Assembly: GCA_041496385.1 (NCBI GenBank)
Contig: JBGQEL010000073.1
Span: forward strand, 1-20,828
Direction: 5' to 3'
DNA from: Candidatus Methylomirabilia bacterium
GTDB taxonomy: Bacteria > Methylomirabilota > Methylomirabilia > Rokubacteriales > CSP1-6
Length of the DNA stretch: 20,828 nt
Shown here one piece after another: positions 8,989-15,739 of the stretch. A program made the position numbers and the translations under genes. Each line of letters opens with the position of its first letter. Positions within the stretch are counted from its first letter, which is position 1. The notes beneath the pieces were generated by a model. The model saw nothing but the letters and a program-made list of their open reading frames with translations, did no database searches and was not told the origin of the DNA.

Positions 8989-9037
8989 AGCGTCGGGCAT
9001 CCCCGCTCCTTGGAGGCGCCCGGACTTCCCGGGCCGC

Positions 9038-9067
9038 TTGACAGGGGCCGGCCGGGGGCGCAATCCT
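9038..9067 (+). promoter_or_regulatory. Possible sigma70-type promoter for the large surface protein gene
   Basis: Perfect TTGACA at 9038-9043 in a GC-rich intergenic region. Only a weak -10 (CAATCCT 9061-9067) at 17-18 nt spacing. AGGAGG RBS at 9085-9090. Confidence 0.35.
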
Positions 9068-9096
9068 GACGCGCGCCGGGGGGCAGGAGGGACGGG

Positions 9097-12000
9097 TTGG
9101 TGGCCGCGAAGGGGCGTCGAGAGCTTCTCTTCGTCGTTGCGGCGACGTGGTTCGCCGTCCTGTTTTCCGGTGCCTGGGCGCCCATCGCGTCCGCGGCGCC
9201 GCTGCCGAAGCCGGAATTTCCCGTCGTCTTCATCCACGGTCTGGGCGGCTCGCCGGGCGACTGGGACATCATCAAGAGCTACGTCGTCGCCAACGGCTGG
9301 ACGTTCGGCGGGTCGCCGCGCTTCGATCGAAACTCGAATATCGTCGTCGGCACCGGCGTCGGCGATTTCTACACGATGGGTTTTTCCATCGCCAACCAGA
9401 ACCTCGACCTCTTTCAACAGGGCTGGGAGATCGCCAAGGTCATCGAGGCGGTCGTCGCCCAGAACCCGGACCGCCCGCTCGTGATCCTCGTTGGCCACAG
9501 CATGGGCGGTCTCGGCGCCCGCGAGTACATACAGGGGCTGGCGCAGCTCGGCCTGAACCAGGCGCCGGTGTCCTATCGCAACGACGTCGCGCAGCTCGTG
9601 ACGATCGGCACGCCCCATCGCGGAGCCGAGGTCCTGCTGGTCGACGATGGGACGCTCGATCCCGTGCTCATATCTCTCGGCTTTTCTCCCGGCGCGCCGG
9701 CCATCGTCGAGCTGACGCCGGGGAGCGCCGAGCTCGCGCGGCTGAACGACTTGAGCGCGCATCCGTTTCCCGACAACGTCCGGTACGCCTCCATCGTCGG
9801 CGTCGGCACGACCCTGCCCGTGGTGGCGCCACCCACGGATGGCGATGGGGTCGTGAGCTCGCAGTCCCAGAACCTCGGGCTGGTCCCCGGCGCGAGCGGA
9901 TTGCTTCACGACGCGGTGTCCATCAATCTCGCGGCGGTCGAACCTCAGCACGCCGACTGCGTGTATCACGTGGTCTCCCCGGCGCTCTACCTGCCCCACT
10001 CCTGCGAACTGGACTTCGTCACCGTGCGGAACGCCCTCGTCAGCGAACTGGTGGGCCCGGCCGTCGGAACCGCCGCGATGGCCGTCATCAGGCGTGGTCG
10101 CGGGAGCGGGCGCGTGACGGGATCCGGCATCGACTGCGGCACCGCCTGCACGAACATCTACGACGCGGGCGCGATGCTGACGCTGACGGCCGTTCCGGAT
10201 GACGGGATGATGCTGCTTCGCTGGGACGGCCCCTGCACCGGGAAGGCGCCGACGTGCACGGTCACGCTGGGAGCGGGCACCACCGTGGCGGCCACGTTCG
10301 TGCCGGCCGCGCGGCTGACCGTCGTGCGTAGCGGCTCCGCCGACGGCACCATCGTGAGCACCCCCGCGGGCATCGCTTGCGGCGCCGTGTGCTCGGCGTT
10401 GTTCGAGAAGGACTCCATCGTCCAGCTCGACGTCACGGCCGTCGCCGGGATCGGGCCCTACGCGGCGCTCGACTCATGGAGTGGCGCCCCGTGCGCCGAG
10501 ACCGCGACGATCGGCCTCGGGAGGTGCTCGATCCGCCTCTCGGGCAACACCGTCGTCATGGCGACGTTCGTCAACCAGGTCCGCTACCGGATCTTCGTCC
10601 TGGAACCCTCCGGGAGGAACCTCGGGTCGTGCAACGATCTCTCCAGCGTCGGATACACGATCGACCCTCCCTTCACGCTCGTCTTTGACGTCGTTCCGTA
10701 CTGTCAACGCTTCGTTGCGACCGAGACGCCCGTCACGTTCGGTTACACCGCGTCCAGCGGATTCACCACGACCGGCTGGTTGGTGAGGCAGGAGGGGACG
10801 GGCAAGGCCCGCGAATTGCCCGGCGCCCTCGTGACCGTGACTCCCACGCTGAGCGAGATCAAGCACGGCAGTCTGCTCGTCGGTCCGTTCGTCAACGCGT
10901 CGGGCGGCCACTGGAGTGTTCCGATCACGATCCCGAACACGAGTGACACGTACTCGTTCTCGGACCCCGGCTCCTATTGGCTCGGCTACTGCTGGCTCAA
11001 CGGATGTGACGGCGGCAGCGTGGTTCTGAACCCTGCTCCGTTCACCCACGGCACCCTCGGCGGTGAGGGCTTCGGGCTCATCCAGTCGTGTGCCTTGTCC
11101 CAGTATTCCGGCGTGTACGGCTGGACGGAAGCCACGTGGTTCCAGTACACGGCGACCCGCGCCGGTACGGCCATCGTCGTTGGGGGCGACCCCACCCTCG
11201 TCAGCGGTTTCCTGGCCACCGCGGTCTCGGTGTACCGCGCGCCGGACAAGGGCGAGCTGGGATGCTCGCAAGGCGATGGCGGCAGACCAACACGGGTCGC
11301 GGTCGATCTCGAGCCGGGCGTGACGTATTTGATCCGGCTCGGGTTCGTCGGCGCCAGCGCCCCGGGACTTCCCGACAGCAGCCGCAGGCTGTCCTTCAGC
11401 TTCGTCCCTCGCACGCCCTCCGGTGTCCATCCACTGGACATCGCGCTCGTCGGGCCGGGGGCCATCGCCGGTCGCGTGCGGAGCACCTCGGGAGCGATCG
11501 ACTGCAAGGTCGGGACGACGTATGCCGCCTCGCTCTCGCTCCCCGGCGACACCGGAGCTCCGCTCAGCTTCTGCTCCGACAGTTTCGCGGCCGGGCAAGT
11601 GGTGACGCTGAACGCGACCACGACGTCGTCCAAGGCGGTCTTCACACGCTGGAGCGGCGCGTGCAACACCACGGGGCCCTGCACCGTGACGCTCGACGCC
11701 GCGAAGTTCGTGGTCGCGAACTTCGACGACATCGCGCCCGGGACGGGCGGACCCCCGTGGTTCGTTCCCCCGACGCCGGTGGCTCCGATCTCTACCTTCG
11801 CCGGCGGCATCGTGACGTTCATGTGGACGCCGGCGTGGTTCCAGAGCAACCTGGGCCTGGACAGCCGGGTGGTGGGGTATCAACTGTGGGTGGCCGACAG
11901 CGGTGCCCGGCGGCGGTTCCTCGGCTTCTTCAACGACGAGGAGCTCGGGTGCGGCGTCGAGACGGTGAGCGGGGGGCCGGCGCCGCTCGCTGTGCGCATC

Positions 12001-13263
12001 ACGAAGAACTGCTCCGTCGACGTCCCGCTCGACACCCTGGTGCCCGGTGACGCCACGTGGTGGGTGGCTCCGGTCGCTCCGGCGGGGGGGACCTCTCAGC
12101 TTCAGACCCTGCGCTCCTACACGCTGACCTCCTCATTCACCGCGACGCTGGCGCCGACGCTCACCGTCAGCCCGTCGAGCCTCGCGTTCGGCGACGTGGA
12201 CGTTGGCGGCCAGGCCGACTTGACGGTCAGGGTGGAGAACACCGGCCAGGGCGTGCTGAGCGGAGCGCCGACCGTGAGCGGGACGGGCTTCCGCAACACG
12301 GGACCGCTCTCGTACAGCCTCGGCCCCGGACAGTTCACGATCCTCAGGGTGACGTTCAGCCCGGGGTCAGGCGGCAGCGCGACGGGGACCCTGACCTTGA
12401 CGGGCGCGGGCGGCGCGACCATCCCGTTGAGCGGAAGGGGTAAGACACCTCCCGCTCGGATCACCGTGAACAAGCTGGGCACGGGCACCGGGACCGTGAC
12501 CAGCGCCACGGGCGTCTCGTGCGGCGGCGTCTGTTCGCAGGTCCTCGGCGGTGACAGCATCGTCACCCTGACCGCCGCGGCCGATGCGGGCTCGACGTTC
12601 GGTGGATGGACTGGTGGGGGCTGCAGCGGAACCGGGCCGTGTACGGTCGTGCTCACGTCCTCCGTCACGGTGGCGGCGACGTTCACCGCTGCGGCGGGTC
12701 AGGTCGGCCTGTCCGTCGTCATCCGCGGCTCGGCGGCGGGCACGGTGGCGGGGAATCTTGGCGTGATGTCCTGTCCGTCGAGCTGCGCCCGGCTCTATCC
12801 GATCGGGACGCCGGTGACCCTGACCGCCAGCGCGCCCCCCGGGTCGTCCTTCAAGGGATGGTCCGGCGCCGGCTGCAGCGGCACGGGGCTCTGCGTCGTG
12901 ACGCTCGCCGCCGTACAGTCTGTCGCCGCGATCTTTTCGGCAGCCTACACCGATCCCGATCCAGTGGCCGCGGCGAGCATCGTCCGGGCGATGGACATCA
13001 CGCAGCTTCGCTCGGCCGTCAACAAGCTGCGCGCCCAGAACTTCGGGCTGCCGGCGTTTGATTTCACCGATCCCGATCTCGCGGTAGGCGCCACGATTCG
13101 AGCCATTCACTTCACCGAGCTGCGCACGGCCCTTGGTGAAGCCCACGTGCAGGCCGGCGTGGCTATTCCGGGCTACACCGATTCGGCGATCACGTTGCAC
13201 GTCACCGCCGTCAGGGCTGCCCATCTGAACGAGTTGCGCAACGCCGTGCGCGGGCTGGAATGA
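9097..13263 (+). CDS. Large secreted/surface protein: lipase-like alpha/beta hydrolase + Cys-rich InlB-B-like repeats + beta-sandwich domains + C-terminal triple repeat, 1388 aa
   Basis: AGGAGG 6 nt before TTG 9097 (GTG 9100 alternative) and a signal peptide ending IASA-A. Hydrolase motifs VVFIHGLGG, nucleophile elbow GHSMGG (9493-9510), IGTPHRG and DGDGVV. Repeated GxGxV...C...C...VTLTA...W.G.C.G...C.V...V.A.F units and an ASH/choice-of-anchor-D-like unit (SPSSLAFGDV...ENTG...VTFSP). Confidence 0.85.
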   Translation: MVAAKGRRELLFVVAATWFAVLFSGAWAPIASAAPLPKPEFPVVFIHGLGGSPGDWDIIKSYVVANGWTFGGSPRFDRNSNIVVGTGVGDFYTMGFSIANQNLDLFQQGWEIAKVIEAVVAQNPDRPLVILVGHSMGGLGAREYIQGLAQLGLNQAPVSYRNDVAQLVTIGTPHRGAEVLLVDDGTLDPVLISLGFSPGAPAIVELTPGSAELARLNDLSAHPFPDNVRYASIVGVGTTLPVVAPPTDGDGVVSSQSQNLGLVPGASGLLHDAVSINLAAVEPQHADCVYHVVSPALYLPHSCELDFVTVRNALVSELVGPAVGTAAMAVIRRGRGSGRVTGSGIDCGTACTNIYDAGAMLTLTAVPDDGMMLLRWDGPCTGKAPTCTVTLGAGTTVAATFVPAARLTVVRSGSADGTIVSTPAGIACGAVCSALFEKDSIVQLDVTAVAGIGPYAALDSWSGAPCAETATIGLGRCSIRLSGNTVVMATFVNQVRYRIFVLEPSGRNLGSCNDLSSVGYTIDPPFTLVFDVVPYCQRFVATETPVTFGYTASSGFTTTGWLVRQEGTGKARELPGALVTVTPTLSEIKHGSLLVGPFVNASGGHWSVPITIPNTSDTYSFSDPGSYWLGYCWLNGCDGGSVVLNPAPFTHGTLGGEGFGLIQSCALSQYSGVYGWTEATWFQYTATRAGTAIVVGGDPTLVSGFLATAVSVYRAPDKGELGCSQGDGGRPTRVAVDLEPGVTYLIRLGFVGASAPGLPDSSRRLSFSFVPRTPSGVHPLDIALVGPGAIAGRVRSTSGAIDCKVGTTYAASLSLPGDTGAPLSFCSDSFAAGQVVTLNATTTSSKAVFTRWSGACNTTGPCTVTLDAAKFVVANFDDIAPGTGGPPWFVPPTPVAPISTFAGGIVTFMWTPAWFQSNLGLDSRVVGYQLWVADSGARRRFLGFFNDEELGCGVETVSGGPAPLAVRITKNCSVDVPLDTLVPGDATWWVAPVAPAGGTSQLQTLRSYTLTSSFTATLAPTLTVSPSSLAFGDVDVGGQADLTVRVENTGQGVLSGAPTVSGTGFRNTGPLSYSLGPGQFTILRVTFSPGSGGSATGTLTLTGAGGATIPLSGRGKTPPARITVNKLGTGTGTVTSATGVSCGGVCSQVLGGDSIVTLTAAADAGSTFGGWTGGGCSGTGPCTVVLTSSVTVAATFTAAAGQVGLSVVIRGSAAGTVAGNLGVMSCPSSCARLYPIGTPVTLTASAPPGSSFKGWSGAGCSGTGLCVVTLAAVQSVAAIFSAAYTDPDPVAAASIVRAMDITQLRSAVNKLRAQNFGLPAFDFTDPDLAVGATIRAIHFTELRTALGEAHVQAGVAIPGYTDSAITLHVTAVRAAHLNELRNAVRGLE
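10072..12940 (+). repeat. Five Cys-rich ~75-100 aa repeats (divergent InlB B-repeat-like) at about 10072-10305, 10312-10575, 11428-11730, 12457-12690 and 12700-12940
   Basis: Protein-level consensus with four Cys and a W-x-G, e.g. GSGRVTGSGIDCGTAC...WDGPCTGKAPTCTVTL...ATF and GTGTVTSATGVSCGGVC...WTGGGCSGTGPCTVVL...ATF. A possible degenerate sixth copy lies at about 10582-10900. Boundaries are approximate. Confidence 0.75.
12946..13260 (+). repeat. Three tandem ~38-aa C-terminal repeats [YF]TD-x(7-9)-[IV]RA-x-[DH]-x-x-[QE]LR-x-A
   Basis: YTDPDPVAAASIVRAMDITQLRSAV (12946), FTDPDLAVGATIRAIHFTELRTAL (13063) and YTDSAITLHVTAVRAAHLNELRNAV (13174). DNA CACCGATCCCGAT is shared by copies 1 and 2. Confidence 0.85.
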
Positions 13264-13441
13264 CCACCCTCGAGCGGCGCCGAGCGCGTCTATGTTGGCG
13301 CTGGTGAACACGGGACGCGACCAGGAAGGGGACGGGCCGGGCACGCGATCACTCACAGGACTACTAGTGCCGGTCGAGGAAATGAGTGACTATTACGCCT
13401 GAGAAGCCGTCTCGACGAAGCGTCTCTGAGGGAGGGGCACC

Positions 13442-14668
13442 GTGCCTGACAGATCACTCGTTCCCGTGGTGGCGGTTGCTCTGCTGTTGGCCGCGCTTCC
13501 CGCCTGGAGCCAGGAGTTGCCCGAAGGACAGGGGAAGGACCTCGTCGCCGCGCATTGCAACAGCTGCCATCCGTTCTACGCGCGCGTCGGCGCCGGATAC
13601 ACTCCCAGGGGCTGGATCACCGTCATGCGCATGATGGCGAATCACGGAGTGACCTTGCCGGCGGATCAAGTTGTCACGATCACCGAGTACTTGACCAGGA
13701 ACTTCCCGGAGAAGGCGAAGCCCGCCGGCGTCGTGATCTCGGGCCCCGCCAAGATCTCGATCACCGAGTGGGTGGTGCCGACGCCCGGGTCGCGACCGCA
13801 CGATCCGCTGGCGACCGCCGACGGATCAGTCTGGTACACGGGTCAGATGAACAACGCGCTGGGCCGGCTCGATCCGAAGACCGGCCGCTTCAAGGAATAT
13901 CTCCTCAAGACGCCTCACTCCGGACCGCACGGCCTGGTCGAGGACAAGGATGGCAACATCTGGTACACCGGCAACACCGGAGCCATGGTCGGCAAGCTCG
14001 ACCCGAAGACGGGCGCCGTCACCGAGTACAGAATGCCGGATCCCGACGTGAAGGATCCGCACACGCTGATTTTCGACCGGAGCGGGATCCTATGGTTCAC
14101 GGCGCAGAACGCCAACCGGGTGGGACGGCTCGACCCGAAAACCGGCGAGATCAAGCTGCTCACGCCGCCGACGCCGAAGTCGCGCCCCTATGGCATGGCG
14201 GTGAATTCGAAGGGCACGGTGTTCTACGTCGCGTTCGGCGCGAACAAGGTCGGTAGCGTCGATCCGAAGACGCTGGAGATTCGCGAGTATCCGTTGCCGG
14301 ATCCGGCGTCACGCCCGCGGCGCATCACGATCACCGGCGACGACGTCGTGTGGTACAGCGACTTTTCGCGCGGGTATCTGGGTCGTCTCGACCCCGCAAC
14401 CGGCAAGGTGAGCGAGTGGCCGTCGCCGAGCGGGCCGAAGTCCGAGCCTTACGGCATCTCGGCGATCAACGACATCATCTGGTACAGCGAGTCCGGAACG
14501 ACCCCGAACACGGTCGTGCGCTTCGATCCCAAGACCGAGAAGTTCCAGAGCTGGGCGATTCCGGGCGGCGGCAACATCGTGCGCAACACGTCGGTCACGC
14601 GCGACGGCGACTTCGTGCTCGCAAACAGCCTGGTCAATGCCGTGACCGTGGTGAAGATCTCGAAGTGA
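13442..14668 (+). CDS. Exported monoheme cytochrome c fused to a Vgb (virginiamycin B lyase)-like 7-bladed beta-propeller, 408 aa
   Basis: RBS GGGAGGGG before GTG and a signal peptide ending PAWS-QE. LPEGQGKDLVAAHCNSCH contains CxxCH (13556-13570), followed by W...MRMM as candidate distal Met. Seven ~42-aa blades with P-[HY]-[DGT]...W[YF]T...G[RK]LDPKTG. Confidence 0.85.
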   Translation: MPDRSLVPVVAVALLLAALPAWSQELPEGQGKDLVAAHCNSCHPFYARVGAGYTPRGWITVMRMMANHGVTLPADQVVTITEYLTRNFPEKAKPAGVVISGPAKISITEWVVPTPGSRPHDPLATADGSVWYTGQMNNALGRLDPKTGRFKEYLLKTPHSGPHGLVEDKDGNIWYTGNTGAMVGKLDPKTGAVTEYRMPDPDVKDPHTLIFDRSGILWFTAQNANRVGRLDPKTGEIKLLTPPTPKSRPYGMAVNSKGTVFYVAFGANKVGSVDPKTLEIREYPLPDPASRPRRITITGDDVVWYSDFSRGYLGRLDPATGKVSEWPSPSGPKSEPYGISAINDIIWYSESGTTPNTVVRFDPKTEKFQSWAIPGGGNIVRNTSVTRDGDFVLANSLVNAVTVVKISK

Positions 14669-14688
14669 AGTGAAGGGTATCGCAGCCG

Positions 14689-15726
14689 CTAGCCTCGCTT
14701 CAGTTCCTGTCGCGCGAGCCGGGCCCCGGCGGTCAGCCGCTTGAGCTTCTCGAACGCCACCCACCGCGGCACGGGGAAGAATCCGCAGTCGGGAATCAAC
14801 GACAGCCGCTCGGCGGGGATGTACTTCAGGCAGAGGCGGACCCGCTCCGCGATGTCCTCCGGCGTCTCCATGTAGAAGGACTTCACGTCGACCACGCCGC
14901 AGGCCACGTCGCGATCCACGCCGACCTCCTTCCACATCTCGATCTCGGCCATCTCGCGGTTGGCGTACTCGAAGACGAACTGCTGGCATTTGGTCTCCAG
15001 CAGCGCCGGGAACATCCAGCGGTAGCTCCGCTTGCCGCGCGGGCGCGACAGCAAGTTGCCGAAGCAGACGTGGTAGCCGATCTTCGCCTTCACGCCCTCG
15101 ACGCAGGCGTTGAACATCTTCACGTACTCGTGCGCCTGGCCGGGCACGATGGCGGCCGAGGGCTCGTCCACCTGGATCCAGTCCGCGCCGGCCGCGGCCA
15201 GCGCGCGGAGCTCCGCGTTGACCGCGGGCACCAGGTCCCAGCAGAGCGCCAGGCGGTCGTTGTCGTAGGCGTCGCCCGGGCGCGTCTGGATGTGGATGGA
15301 CAGCGTCACGGGGCCGGGGCACGTCGCCTTGACCGGCTTGTCGGTCTGCGTCTTGAGGTACTTGAACTCGTCCACCGTGCCGAGGCCCTTCGGCACCGTG
15401 ATCTTCCGCGTCGGCCGGTAGCGCGGCACGCTGTCGTAGGCGTAGAGCCCCGTCTTCCGGAGCGGCTCGAGGATCTCCAGCCCGTCCATCTTGCCGTAGA
15501 AGCTCTGGACGAAGAAGAAGCGGCGCATCTCGCCGTCGCAGATCACGTCGACGCCGGCGCGCTCCTGGTCGCGGATCGCGAGCTGCGTCGCATCGTCGAA
15601 GGTCTCCCGGACGTCGGTCTGCCCGTACTCCTCCGCCTTGATCTTGTCGAGCGCGGTCCAGAACCAGCCGGGGAAGCCGTGACTGCCCATCACGTGCGTG
15701 TACAGGAGCGGGAGCGTCGAGGCCAT
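14689..15726 (-). CDS. Cobalamin-independent methionine synthase catalytic-domain-only (core MetE-like) Zn enzyme, 345 aa
   Basis: Motifs VMGSH, QERAGVDVICDGEMRR, CPGPVTL and IQVDEP. Zn ligands HVC (HVCFGN 15055-15072), FEY and PDCG (14782-14793). RBS AAAGGA. The N-terminal barrel of full-length MetE is absent. Confidence 0.9.
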   Translation of the reverse strand: MASTLPLLYTHVMGSHGFPGWFWTALDKIKAEEYGQTDVRETFDDATQLAIRDQERAGVDVICDGEMRRFFFVQSFYGKMDGLEILEPLRKTGLYAYDSVPRYRPTRKITVPKGLGTVDEFKYLKTQTDKPVKATCPGPVTLSIHIQTRPGDAYDNDRLALCWDLVPAVNAELRALAAAGADWIQVDEPSAAIVPGQAHEYVKMFNACVEGVKAKIGYHVCFGNLLSRPRGKRSYRWMFPALLETKCQQFVFEYANREMAEIEMWKEVGVDRDVACGVVDVKSFYMETPEDIAERVRLCLKYIPAERLSLIPDCGFFPVPRWVAFEKLKRLTAGARLARQELKRG

Positions 15727-15739
15727 GTGCGGTCCTTTC

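Noticed and set aside
8989..9030. Rho-independent terminator after the lactonase gene (CGGGC...CTCC-TT-GGAG...GCCCG)
   Set aside because: Interrupted stem with no U-tract. Such pairing is common at this GC content.
13860..14540. Regularly spaced DNA repeats (CTCGA[TC]CCGAAGACCGGC-like, about every 130 nt) resembling a CRISPR array
   Set aside because: They encode the LDPKTG turn of each propeller blade, vary at synonymous positions and lie in frame. No cas genes are present.
13442..14668. vgb streptogramin B resistance gene
   Set aside because: Exported, heme-fused, and EPYG instead of the catalytic EPHG. Only the fold is shared.
9097..14668. Toxin-immunity pair (lipase effector plus downstream periplasmic protein)
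   Set aside because: The genes are 178 nt apart with a separate leader, the second has its own enzyme-like features, and no secretion-system genes are present. Not excluded, but unsupported.
14689..15726. Truncated or pseudogenised metE
   Set aside because: Has its own RBS and start, an intact Zn site, and a length typical of natural single-barrel homologs.
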